Positions 10,210-19,700 of a stretch of DNA of 64,000 nt are shown here, piece after piece (within the stretch, counting starts at the first letter, position 1; each line of letters begins with the position of its first letter). The notes beneath the pieces were generated by a model. It was not told the DNA's origin. It was given only the letters and a program-made list of their open reading frames with translations, and made no database searches. Made by a program: the position numbers and the translations under genes. The DNA comes from Gaiellaceae bacterium. Its GTDB lineage: Bacteria > Actinomycetota > Thermoleophilia > Gaiellales > Gaiellaceae. The stretch lies in the NCBI GenBank assembly GCA_036257855.1, contig DATAET010000124.1, forward strand, positions 4,087 to 68,086. Reading direction: 5' to 3'.

Positions 10210-10875
10210 CTAGGCCGCTGCGATGCGGTCCGCGAGCTCGCGCGAGATCGCGTGCTCGCCACGCGTCGTGCGCACGGTGACAGGGCCCCCGAACGGCGCG
10301 TAGGCGATGAGCTCGAGATCCGAGCCGGGGACGAGCCCGAGGTCGCCCAGGTAGCGGAGGAGCTCGGAGTCGCCGTCGGGCACGCGCGCGATCGACGCTC
10401 GTGCGCCCGGCTCGAGATCCAGGAGTGTCCTCGCGTCGCCGTGCACCAGGCGAAGCTCGCGATCGGGAATCGGATCGCCGTGAGGGTCGTGCGTGGGGAA
10501 CCCGAGCTCCTCGTCGATCTTCGCCTCGAGTTCCTCGGACAGCGCGTGCTCGAGGAGCTCGGCCTCGGCGTGCACCTCGTCGAGCGCCAGCCCCAGCCGG
10601 TCGACGAGGTACCGCTCGAGCAGCCGGTGGTGTCGGAGGACCTCGAGCGCCGCGAGGCGTCCCTTGCCGGTGAGCGCGACCCCCCGGTACGGAAGCCGCT
10701 CGACGAGCCCCAGCTCGTCGAGGCGCTTCGTCATCGCCGTGGCAGAGGGAGCGCTCACGCCCATCCGCCGCGCGAGCGCGGAGGTGGTGACGCGCTCGCC
10801 CGCCGACTCGAGGGCGTAGATCGCCTTCAGGTAGTCCTGGACGGCACTCGTGAGGTCGGTCGACGGCGCTTTCAT
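10210..10875 (-). CDS. DtxR/IdeR/MntR-family metal-dependent transcriptional repressor
   Basis: The sequence has an N-terminal wHTH (QDYLKAIYALESAGERVTTSALARRMGVSAPSATAMTKRLDELGLV) and a metal-site/dimerisation region (HHRLLERYLV...HAEAELLEHALSEE). The C-terminus is an SH3-like FeoA-type domain. Confidence 0.85.
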   Translation of the reverse strand: MKAPSTDLTSAVQDYLKAIYALESAGERVTTSALARRMGVSAPSATAMTKRLDELGLVERLPYRGVALTGKGRLAALEVLRHHRLLERYLVDRLGLALDEVHAEAELLEHALSEELEAKIDEELGFPTHDPHGDPIPDRELRLVHGDARTLLDLEPGARASIARVPDGDSELLRYLGDLGLVPGSDLELIAYAPFGGPVTVRTTRGEHAISRELADRIAAA

Positions 10876-10885
10876 CTCGCGCGTC

Positions 10886-10922
10886 TTAGGTTACACTCCG
10901 ACTCGGAGTTAGCTGTGGCTAA
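10886..10922. promoter_or_regulatory. candidate metal-repressor operator cluster in the dtxR-like / cupredoxin divergent spacer
   Basis: The sequence is TTAGGTTACA-CTCCGACTCGGAG-TTAGCTGTGGCTAA. It starts with a TTAGG half-site as in IdeR/DtxR boxes. It contains a perfect 6-1-6 palindrome (10896..10908) and a 5-4-5 palindrome TTAGC-TGTG-GCTAA (10909..10922). Confidence 0.35.
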
Positions 10923-10944
10923 AACGCGCCTCACGCGTGGAAGG

Positions 10945-11946
10945 ATGCTCGCCGCGACGGCGCCGATCGTCGCTGCCCCGCTCGTCGGCAAGCTGGCGCT
11001 CGAGGGACGCGCGGACGCCGCGCGGGGCGGGCACGAGCACGCCGGTCACGGGCCCGGTCGCACGCCGGCGAATCACCTCCGAGGCTCGCTGGGTCACGCC
11101 GCCATGGTGGGCGACGAGGCCCCTGCGGTCGGCGGCCCGACCGACCTCGACGCTCTCCTCTACCCGCCGCTCGCGCTCCCGTACGAGCCCGGACGCGTCC
11201 GCGAGTACACGCTCACGGCCACCGACACGGAGCTCGAGGTCGCACCCGGCGTCTTCTTTCCCGCCTGGGTGTACAACGGCACCGCGCCCGGCCCCGTCAT
11301 CCGAGCGACCGAGGGCGACAGGCTGCGGGTGCACTTCGCGAACGGAGGCTCACACCCGCACACGATCCACTTCCACGGGATCCATCCGGCAGGCATGGAC
11401 GGTGTGTTCCAGATCGTCGAGCCGGGAGGTCGCTTCACGTACGACTTCGAGGCGCAGCCCGCGGGCTTCCACCTCTACCACTGCCACGCGACACCGCTGA
11501 AGAAGCACATCCACAAGGGGCTCTACGGCGCCTTCATCGTCGATCCGAAGACGCCCAGGCCGCCCGCGCGCGAGCTCGTCATGGTGATGAACGGCTTCGA
11601 CACAGACGGCGACGGCGAGAACAACTTCTACACGGTGAACGGGCGCACGTTCTACTACGCCCGCTATCCGATCCACGTCCGGCGATCCGAGCTCGTTCGG
11701 ATCTACCTCGCGAACCTCACCGAGTTCGACCTCCTGAACTCCTTCCACCTGCATGCGGACTTTTTCCGCTACCAGCCGACCGGAACCGGCGACCACTGGG
11801 AGTACACAGACACCGTGATGCAGTGCCAGGGTCAGCGCGGCGTACTCGAGATCGAGTTCGCCGGATCGGGCCTGCACATGTTCCATGCGCACCAGTCCGA
11901 GTTCGCCGAGCTCGGCTGGATGGGGTTCTTTCAGGTCGACGACTGA
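10945..11946 (+). CDS. two-domain multicopper oxidase / NirK-like cupredoxin protein
   Basis: Cu-ligand motifs are HPHTIHFHG, HLYHCHATPLKKHIHKGLYG, SFHLHAD and HMFHAHQ. ATG 10945 is preceded by a GGAAGG box. In-frame GTG 10915 is an alternative start that would add a Tat-like TRGRML leader. The region after the start is His-rich (GGHEHAGHGPG). Confidence 0.7.
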   Translation: MLAATAPIVAAPLVGKLALEGRADAARGGHEHAGHGPGRTPANHLRGSLGHAAMVGDEAPAVGGPTDLDALLYPPLALPYEPGRVREYTLTATDTELEVAPGVFFPAWVYNGTAPGPVIRATEGDRLRVHFANGGSHPHTIHFHGIHPAGMDGVFQIVEPGGRFTYDFEAQPAGFHLYHCHATPLKKHIHKGLYGAFIVDPKTPRPPARELVMVMNGFDTDGDGENNFYTVNGRTFYYARYPIHVRRSELVRIYLANLTEFDLLNSFHLHADFFRYQPTGTGDHWEYTDTVMQCQGQRGVLEIEFAGSGLHMFHAHQSEFAELGWMGFFQVDD

Positions 11947-13130
11947 TGGAAGCCGGCTCGGCGACGACGACTCCCGGCCGCTCCTGGCGGCTCTGGGCAG
12001 TCGTCCCGGTCCTCGTGCTCGCAGCCGCAGTCGGCGTCGTCGTGACCGCAGGGTCGGCGCTCGTCGACCTCGTAGGCTCCAGCCCTCCGCCGCTCGACCA
12101 GTTCGACATCCGGCGGGTCGAGTTCTCGCCGGGCGAGATCCGCATCGTCGTACGGAACCCCCAGCGCGACGATCTCACCATCGCGAACGTGAACGTCGAC
12201 GACGCGATCGTGCGCTACGCGGTCGACGGCCCGACGACGCTCGGGCGCCTGCGCTCGAGCACGATCGCGGTGCCGTTCCAGTGGGTCGAGGGGGATCCCG
12301 TCACCGTCGGCGTCACCAGCTCCTCCGGCGTCGAGACGGTGAAGGAGATCGCGGCCGCCGTCGAGACGCCCGAGCCCTCCGCGAAGGGCTTCGCCGGCTA
12401 CACCCTGATCGGTCTCGTCGTCGGCGTCCTGCCGATCGCGCTCGGGCTTCTCTGGCTTCCGGCGCTGCGCCACGCCGGCTCGACGTGGCTCTCCGCCTTC
12501 ATGGCGTTCACGGCGGGGTTGCTCACGTTCCTCGGCGTCGAGGCGCTCGCGGAATCGTTCGACCTCCAGGCGGGACTGCCGTCGGCGCTCGGCGGCGCCG
12601 GGCTCGTTCTTCTCGGCGTGGCGCTCAGCTTCCTCGGCATGACCGCCCTCGCTGCTCGACTGACGGGAGGGTCGGCCGCCACCGGTCTCACGCTTGCGTT
12701 CCTCGTCGCCGTGGGCATCGGGCTCCACAACCTCGGAGAAGGACTGGCCATCGGCAGCTCCTTCGCGCTGGGCGAGCTGCAGCTCGGCGCCTTCCTGATC
12801 GTCGGGTTCATGATCCACAACGTCACCGAGGGCCTCGGGATCGCGACGCCGGTCGCGAAGACCCGCGTGACCGTGCTCGCCCTCGCGGGGCTGGCCGTCG
12901 TCGCGGGCGCACCCACGATTCTGGGAGCGTGGGTGGGCGGCTACACCTCGAGCGACGTCCTCGGGGCGCTCTTCTTTGCAATCGCAGCGGGTGCTGCGTT
13001 CCAGGTCGTGGTCGAGGTCGGGCGCTACGTGGCGCGCACGGCTCCCGGTGGGCTGCGCTCGGGCCACGCCATCGCGGGCTTCATCGTGGGGATCGCGACG
13101 ATGTACGCGACGGGCGTCCTCGCCGCTTAG
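11946..13130 (+). CDS. ZIP-family metal cation transporter with N-terminal TM anchor and ~130-aa extracytoplasmic domain
   Basis: C-terminal ZIP core motifs are GIGLHNLGEGLAIG and GFMIHNVTEGLGI. ATG 11946 overlaps the cupredoxin stop (TGATG). Confidence 0.8.
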   Translation: MEAGSATTTPGRSWRLWAVVPVLVLAAAVGVVVTAGSALVDLVGSSPPPLDQFDIRRVEFSPGEIRIVVRNPQRDDLTIANVNVDDAIVRYAVDGPTTLGRLRSSTIAVPFQWVEGDPVTVGVTSSSGVETVKEIAAAVETPEPSAKGFAGYTLIGLVVGVLPIALGLLWLPALRHAGSTWLSAFMAFTAGLLTFLGVEALAESFDLQAGLPSALGGAGLVLLGVALSFLGMTALAARLTGGSAATGLTLAFLVAVGIGLHNLGEGLAIGSSFALGELQLGAFLIVGFMIHNVTEGLGIATPVAKTRVTVLALAGLAVVAGAPTILGAWVGGYTSSDVLGALFFAIAAGAAFQVVVEVGRYVARTAPGGLRSGHAIAGFIVGIATMYATGVLAA

Positions 13131-13148
13131 GGACGGCAACTCGCCCTT

Positions 13149-13169
13149 AACCGCGGCTAACCCGCGGTT
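13149..13169 (+). terminator. hairpin downstream of the ZIP gene
   Basis: AACCGCGG-CTAAC-CCGCGGTT forms a perfect 8-bp stem. There is no clear U-tract. Confidence 0.35.
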
Positions 13170-13198
13170 CACGACACCCGGGCTATAACCGACGAGTC

Positions 13199-14398
13199 AT
13201 GACGTTTCCACGTCTGCTCCGCTCCGGCGCCGCTCTCGTCGCCTCTGCAGTTCTCGGGGGTGTGGTCGCCGTCGGAGCGGTTGCACTCCTCGGTGGGCTC
13301 GACGACACGACGACCGTCGTCTCCGAGACGTCGGCGTCACCGACACCGAGGCTCGCCCCTTCCTCCGGCGGGATGAGCGTCCACGAGATCTACGAGCGCG
13401 CGGCGTCGGGCGTCGTTCGGGTGAACGCGATGTCGAATCAGGCGTCCGCCGCGCCGACCCTCGGTCCGGGCGGCTCCCCGCTTCCGAGCTATCCGCGCGT
13501 GTCGGCCCTCGGCTCTGGCTTCGTCATCGACAAGACCGGGCATATCGCCACGAACTACCACGTCGTCGAGGGCGCGAGCGAAGTTACAGTGAGCTTCTCG
13601 AACCGCGACACCGTCAAGGCACGGATCGTCGGCACCGATCCTTCGAGCGACCTCGCCGTCCTGCGCGTCAATACCTCCGCTAGCGCGCTCACGCCACTGC
13701 CCCTCGGGAACTCCGACGAGGTCCAGGTCGGCGATCCCGTCGTTGCGATCGGCAATCCCTTCGGCCTCGATCGGACGGTCACTGCGGGAATCGTCAGCGC
13801 GTTGCAGCGAAACATCGCCGCGCCGAACCAGTTCTCGATCGGCCATGTCATCCAGACGGACGCGCCCATCAACCACGGCAACTCGGGCGGCCCCCTCCTG
13901 AACGCGCGCGGGCAGGTCATCGGCGTGAACACGCAGATCGAAACGGGTGACACCTCGACCGGGAACGTCGGCATCGGCTTCTCGATCCCCTCGAACACCG
14001 TCAAGGACGTCGTCGCGCAGATCCTCCGCACCGGCCACGTCGACCACGCCTATCTCGGCATCACCGGCCAGGCGGTCACGCCCGACGTCGCCGAGACGTA
14101 CAACCTCCCCGTCCAGTCAGGCGTGCTCGTCGAGTCGGTCACGAACGACTCCGGCGCCGACAAGGCCGGCCTCGAGGGCGGCCAGAAGCAGGTCGTCGTC
14201 GCGGGCGAGACGTTCGTGCTCGGCGGCGACATCATCGTCTCCTTCGACGGCCGCAAGATCTCCTCCATCGACGAGCTCCGCGACGCCGTCGCCGGCAAAA
14301 AGCCCGGCGACAAGGTCACGCTCGTGATCTACCGCGACGCGAAAAAGACGAGCGTGACCGTCACGCTCGGGCGGCAGCCCCAATCCCCCCAGGGCTAG
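13199..14398 (+). CDS. HtrA/DegP-type S1C serine protease with PDZ domain
   Basis: The sequence has an N-terminal TM anchor and catalytic motifs (TNYHVV, SDLAVLRV, GNSGGPLLN). The C-terminal region is PDZ-like (GVLVESVTNDSGADKAGL). Confidence 0.85.
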   Translation: MTFPRLLRSGAALVASAVLGGVVAVGAVALLGGLDDTTTVVSETSASPTPRLAPSSGGMSVHEIYERAASGVVRVNAMSNQASAAPTLGPGGSPLPSYPRVSALGSGFVIDKTGHIATNYHVVEGASEVTVSFSNRDTVKARIVGTDPSSDLAVLRVNTSASALTPLPLGNSDEVQVGDPVVAIGNPFGLDRTVTAGIVSALQRNIAAPNQFSIGHVIQTDAPINHGNSGGPLLNARGQVIGVNTQIETGDTSTGNVGIGFSIPSNTVKDVVAQILRTGHVDHAYLGITGQAVTPDVAETYNLPVQSGVLVESVTNDSGADKAGLEGGQKQVVVAGETFVLGGDIIVSFDGRKISSIDELRDAVAGKKPGDKVTLVIYRDAKKTSVTVTLGRQPQSPQG

Positions 14399-14407
14399 CC
14401 GCGAGCG

Positions 14408-14429
14408 AGGCCCCGGCGAGCCGGGGCCT
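14408..14429. terminator. GC hairpin after htrA-like gene
   Basis: AGGCCCCGG-CGAG-CCGGGGCCT forms a 9-bp stem 10 nt after the stop. Confidence 0.4.
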
Positions 14430-14493
14430 GCTCACCTACCTCGGCATGGGGTCCGACCGCCTGACCGGACCCCAGCCGACCTTCCTTTCCGCA

Positions 14494-14523
14494 GATCGAA
14501 AGCCGCGAGTGCGGCTTTCGATC
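14494..14523. terminator. perfect 13-bp hairpin in the convergent htrA/patatin spacer
   Basis: The sequence is GATCGAAAGCCGC-GAGT-GCGGCTTTCGATC. It lies 66 nt beyond the patatin stop on the minus strand. Confidence 0.4.
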
Positions 14524-14588
14524 GCGAGAGTCAAGGACGCTCGCCGTGCGGCTCTCCTCGCGCCCACAGTCCTACTGCGTCGTCTGCT

Positions 14589-15731
14589 TCAGAGCTCGAC
14601 GTGCTTGAGCGCCTCGTCCGTGAGCGCGTAGCCGCGCTCGATGAGTGCCCGCTTCGTGTCCGTCGGCCACGGTGCGTCGCCCCGGAAGGTCGGATCCAGG
14701 CTCTCCGTGCCCCGCGTCGAACGAACGATCAGCGTGGGCACGTGCCGGTCGTGGCGGAACGGGAACCGCGCTGCGGCGAAGCGCGCGTCGAGTTCGTCGC
14801 GAAGGCGTCTGCGGCGCCACGGGAGCGCGGCCGCGACGGCCATGCCAGTTACGTCCTCACGCAGACTGCCGAGCTCGGCGACGGAGGTTTCGCGCTCGGC
14901 GGCGAGGCGCTCCTCGACCACGACGTTACGCGAGAACGCCACGCGCATGAGCCTGACGATGAGCTCGGCGTAGTGCGCCGGCTCGCCGCGCGCTGCCCGC
15001 TCCTGCGCGAGCCGGACCTCGGCGAGCAGTGCTCGGACGGGAGGGACGGCCCGGAAGCGTTCGAGCCGCTCCCGCGCTCGTTCGAGGTACGCCGCCTCGC
15101 TTCGCGGAAACGTCGGGACGTAGCGAAACGCGGCGATCGCGGAGACCTCCGGGTTGCGGTACGCGTGCTCGAAGGGGAAGTTGCGCACCCACCCGCCGTC
15201 CGTCGCGATCAAGCCGTCGAGCTGGATCGGGAGGACGAGGGCGCTGATCGCGGCGGAAGCCAGGATCGCGCGGCCCATGACCTCAGGAGCAGTCGCGTGT
15301 GAGCGGTACTCGAGCTCGAAGTCGCGCGCGTCGTGCCCGTCGGGGTAGTCGCTGACATCGGTCGCGTACACGACAAGCTCGACGTCGGCGTTCGCGAGCG
15401 CCTCGCCCACTTCCTCCGGTGAGCCGATGCGGTCGGCGATCGTCGCCGGGAGCGTGTAGTCGTGGAGCCCGCCGGGGAACTGCCAGACGGGCCGCGGCCG
15501 GAACGCATCCTCGGGCTGGAGGCCGAGGAGGAACTCCTCGAGGTCGTCCAGCCGGTCGAGCGCCGCCATCGTCCCGACGAGCGCACCGGCGGACGTGCCG
15601 TAGATCCAGCCGACTCGTGGCCACAGCGAGGTCTCTGACAGGCGCTTCAGGAAGCCCAGCTCGAGCAGGACCCCGTTGATGCCGCCTCCCGAGAGGACGA
15701 CGGCGGCGTCGCGTCGGCGGGTTTCGGGCAC
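14589..15731 (-). CDS. patatin-like phospholipase
   Basis: Motifs are GGGINGVLLELGFL (oxyanion GGG), GTSAGAL (GxSxG nucleophile) and a DGG aspartate motif (IATDGGWVRNFP). I take GTG 15731 (VPETRRRDAAVVLSGGG) as the start. The tracked longer N-terminus is R-rich. Confidence 0.75.
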   Translation of the reverse strand: MPETRRRDAAVVLSGGGINGVLLELGFLKRLSETSLWPRVGWIYGTSAGALVGTMAALDRLDDLEEFLLGLQPEDAFRPRPVWQFPGGLHDYTLPATIADRIGSPEEVGEALANADVELVVYATDVSDYPDGHDARDFELEYRSHATAPEVMGRAILASAAISALVLPIQLDGLIATDGGWVRNFPFEHAYRNPEVSAIAAFRYVPTFPRSEAAYLERARERLERFRAVPPVRALLAEVRLAQERAARGEPAHYAELIVRLMRVAFSRNVVVEERLAAERETSVAELGSLREDVTGMAVAAALPWRRRRLRDELDARFAAARFPFRHDRHVPTLIVRSTRGTESLDPTFRGDAPWPTDTKRALIERGYALTDEALKHVEL

Positions 15732-15748
15732 GGGGCTATTGTGCCCCT

Positions 15749-16105
15749 GTGGAGTCGGAGTACCGTCCCGGCGCAGCCGTGCTCTCGGATCTCGAGTCCC
15801 AGACCGACGAGGAGCTGTGGAGAGACGACGAGGAGAGCGACCACAGCGGCTGGTTCTGCGTGAGCACCGACCCCTTCCCGTGTCCGGCAAGCGGCTGCTC
15901 GTTCGTTGCGCGCTTCATGACCGCCGCCCATCTCGTGCTCGTGTGGGAGGAGCGCGACGACCCGAACCTGCTCTGGCACGCTCAGCGCGCCAAGGACGTC
16001 GGCAGGAACCCGCGGATCGTCGCGTACGAGGCGACGTTCGGGCCGAGCGCTTCCTACTACGCGTGGGAGGCCGCGGGCAGGCCAGTGCACGGTGTGAAGC
16101 GCTAG
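15749..16105 (+). CDS. hypothetical protein (118 aa, acidic N-terminus, CPxxGC motif)
   Basis: The composition is protein-like (DHSGWFCVSTDPFPCPASGCSFVARFMTAAHLVLVWEERDDPNLLWHAQRAKDVGRNPRIV...) and third positions are G/C-rich. A TATTGT box lies 6 nt upstream of GTG 15749. I recognise no family. Confidence 0.5.
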   Translation: MESEYRPGAAVLSDLESQTDEELWRDDEESDHSGWFCVSTDPFPCPASGCSFVARFMTAAHLVLVWEERDDPNLLWHAQRAKDVGRNPRIVAYEATFGPSASYYAWEAAGRPVHGVKR

Positions 16106-16160
16106 CAACCGGCGTCTTCTGTTTGCCGGTGTTCGCTGCACCAGCGATACTCTTTCGAAG

Positions 16161-16748
16161 GTGTCTGCGAGCGAAGCGGGATTCCAACCGGCAGGGCGTG
16201 CCCCTGCGCCTCCTCCACTCGATCTCGTCCAGGACTTCGTCAACACGGAGATCCCGGAGTGGGCGCGAGACGACATCGCGACCCCCGAGGAGCTCGCGGC
16301 CTGGCTGCACGCGCGAGGGCTGCTCGACGAGCGCGACGTCGTGAGTGCCGACGGATTCGTGGCTGCGCGTTCGCTCCGCGCGGTCCTCCGTGGTCTCGCC
16401 CTCGCCAACACGCTCGGCGAGGCGCCCGAGGCACAGCTGCGCAGGGCGTTCGACCGGGCTGTTGCGGTGTCCCTGCTTCGCTTCGAGCTCGACCGGGACG
16501 GGAGGTTGGTGCTCGTCCCCGACGCCGCTCGCGACGGGGCGGCGCGCGCGCTCGGCGCGATCCTCGTTCGCGTTCTCGAGGCTCAGGCCTCCGGCGCATG
16601 GAGTCGCTTGAAGGCCTGTCGCAAGGAGAGCTGCGGCTGGCTCTTCTACGACGGCTCGCGCAACGCTTCGTCCAGGTGGTGCTCGATGGCGATCTGCGGT
16701 AACCGGACGAAGACCGCTGCCTATCGGCGCAGGAAGCAGTCCTCATGA
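16161..16748 (+). CDS. CGNR zinc-finger (ABATE-domain) protein
   Basis: The C-terminus CRKESCGWLFYDGSRNASSRWCSMAICGNRTKTAAYRRR is the zf-CGNR signature. ATGA overlaps the next gene. Confidence 0.8.
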   Translation: MSASEAGFQPAGRAPAPPPLDLVQDFVNTEIPEWARDDIATPEELAAWLHARGLLDERDVVSADGFVAARSLRAVLRGLALANTLGEAPEAQLRRAFDRAVAVSLLRFELDRDGRLVLVPDAARDGAARALGAILVRVLEAQASGAWSRLKACRKESCGWLFYDGSRNASSRWCSMAICGNRTKTAAYRRRKQSS

Positions 16749-19700
16749 GGTCTGCGCCCTACGTCGCCGGCCTCGCGTGGAGGCGTCTCCGCCGGCGCGA
16801 CAGCGGTGCGTTCGTGACCGCTCTCGGACTCGTGGTCGCGACCGCAGTGCTCGCCGGAGTGCTCGCGGGAGTCACGATCGCCACCGACCGGTCCACCGCG
16901 CGCGCGATCGCGGGGATCCCGACGTCGGCTCGATCGGTCCGTGCGGTGTGGTTCGGTATTCCGGGCGACGAGAGCGAACGACTCGCCGTGCTCGACTCCG
17001 CGGTCGCCGACGCATTCTCGGGGTTCGGCCTCGATGGCCCGACACCGCTCGTCCTCTTCCGCGAGAGCACCGTCGCCGGTCACTACGTGGGAATCACAGC
17101 CATCGACGGGGTCGGGCCGAACGTCGTCCTCAACTCGGGCCGCCTGCCACGAACCTGCACGCCCGCGCGGTGCGAGGTTCTGCGGCTGCGAGGGCGCGGC
17201 GACCTTCCGAACGCGCCGGGTCTCCGCCTCGTCCAGGTTGGCACCGCGAGGCTGCGCTCACGCCAGCTGTACGGCGACTTCCTCCGCCCGACGGACTCGG
17301 CGGACGCGGATCTGCACCTCGCGCCTGCCCTCCAGCGCTCCGGCCGCTACCACCGGCCCGCACCGGGGCCGCTCGTCGTTGCCGAGGGCCGATCGGCGCT
17401 CGAGCATGCCGCGGCGCTCGCGCGCACCTACCGGACCTACGCATGGGTATGGCCGCTGGCGCCCGGGAATCCCCGGCTCTGGCAGATCGACGACGTTCTC
17501 CGTCGCAGCGAGCGGGCGCGGGTCGCGCTCACGACCCGCTCGTCGTCGTTCGCCGTCGACGCGCCGGTCGAGGAGCTTCGCGCCGCCCAGCGCTCGGCGA
17601 ACATCGCCGGCCGGCGGCTCCTCCTCGTCGGGGGCGAGGGCGCCGCCCTCCTGCTCGCGTTCACCGTGCTCGCCGCGCGCGGCATGCGTCGCGATCTCGA
17701 CGAAGCGCGGCGCCGGCTCCTGTGGTTCGGCGCCCAGAGGTGGCAGCTGTGGCTGCTCACCGGGATCGAGAGCGCCGCCGTGGCGGCGGTCGGCGTGCTC
17801 GTCGGCTGGCTGGTCGGCGTCGGTGTCGCAGCCTTGGCGGCGGCGCTCGCCGGAGCGCCCGTCTCCGGTGTGCTCCACGAGAGCGTCCTCTCGCCCGAGG
17901 GCCTCGGCATCGCAATCGTCGCCGCGCTCGTGGCGGCGGCTCTCGTGTGGCTCACGGTCTCGCTCCGTCCGCGCGAAGGCACGGGGTTCGGCTTCGTCGA
18001 CCTCGTCGCCGTCGCGGCCGTGCTCGTGACCGCCGTCGCACTCGCGGGCGGCGTCGCAAACGAGGACCGTCTCGCCAGCGGCGACAGCTCGGCGCTCCTC
18101 CTGCTCCTCCTCCCGGGCCTCGTGGCCGTCGCGGCGGCGATCGTCGTCGCGCGAACCTTCCCGGTGCTCGCGCGCTGGTGGAGCGATCGCGGGCGTGGCT
18201 CGATCGCCACGCGACTGGCCGCAGTCGGGCTGGGCCGCGGCCCGGGCGCGGCCGTGGCCACGGTTGCCTTCCTCACCATCGCCTTTGCTCTCGCACTGCT
18301 CGCGGAGGGCTATCGCGCGACCCTCGCCCGGTCCGACCGCGAGCAGGCCGCTTTTCAGGTGCCGCTCGACATCGTCGTCCGCGAGGATCTGGAGAACCTC
18401 GTGCGCGTGTTCGACGTCGCGACCCCGGCTCGGTTCCAGAAGCTGGTCGGACCGGGCGGCGAGGCGCATCCCGTCCTTCGGGTGACGGCCAGCGCCGGAC
18501 GGGCGGAACAGGTGAGCGGAGTGACCGTCCTCGGGCTCGACCATGCGGCGATCGAGAACGTCGGCGTATGGCGCACCGACTGGGCCGGGGGACGCACGCC
18601 GTCCGACCTCGCCGCGCTCGTCGACCCGGGCAGACCCGTGGACCAGCGAGGGATCCGGTTGCCCGGCGGGCGCATGGCCCTCACGGCAGGTCCCGGCCTG
18701 CTCTCCTTCGCCGGCATCGTCCGCCTCCAGGACGGGTCGTTCAGGCGCATCGACCTCGGCTCGGCGAATCACGCGACCGTCCAGCTGCAGGCCCACGTGC
18801 CGCCTCGTGCGCAGCTGGTCGGGCTCGAGCTCGTGCCGCCGCCTCGGATCGTCGAGCGTGGCGCCGACGCGGGCATCGCTTTCGTTGGAACCGCGCGCAT
18901 CTCGGGCCCGCTCGCCCGCCGGATGCGTCCGTGGATCGGGGTCGGCGGGGTCGTCGCGACGACGACACCCAGCGGCGTCGTCGCACGCGCCCCGCTCACG
19001 CCGCAGCGCACGTCGTTGCTCCGTCCCCGGCAGCCGACCGACGACACCCCTCCCTCGGTCCTCGTGACGCCGCGCCTCGCCGACCTGGCCGGCGGCGTCG
19101 GCGGGCTGCTCCCCGTCGAGCTCGGCGGCGCGAACGTCGCCGTACAGGTTGCCGGAGTCGTCGACCGCTTCCCCGGCGCGTCGGGTGAGACCGTCGTCGG
19201 CGACCGGATCGAGCTCCGGACGGCCATCGACACCGTTTCGCCCGGTGCAGGACGCGAGAACGAACTGTGGCTCGACGTCCCGCCGGATCGCGTACCGGAA
19301 GTCGCCCGCGCGCTGTCCCGTCCTCCGTACCGTGCGCTCGCCACGACGGTGCGCGCGGACGTCGAGGCGGAGGCGCGCCACGATCCGCTCGCGCACGGCA
19401 CGTTGCTTGCACTCCTCGCGACGGCTCTCGTCGCGCTCGTTCTCGCCTCACTCGGTCTCGCGCTCGCCGTGCGCGCCGACCTGCGCGACGATCGCGGTGA
19501 GCACTACGACCTCGAGGCACAGGGGTCGACCCCGGCCTTCCTCCGGCGCGTCGTCCGCGCACGCGCCGCCGGCCTCTCCGTCGCCGGCCTCGTTGCTGGC
19601 CTGGCGACCGGCCTCGGGCTGCTCGCGCTCGTCACGCGCGTGGTCGCCGTGACCGCGCGCGGGGGCACGCCCGAGCCGCCACTCGCGGTCGTCGTCGACC

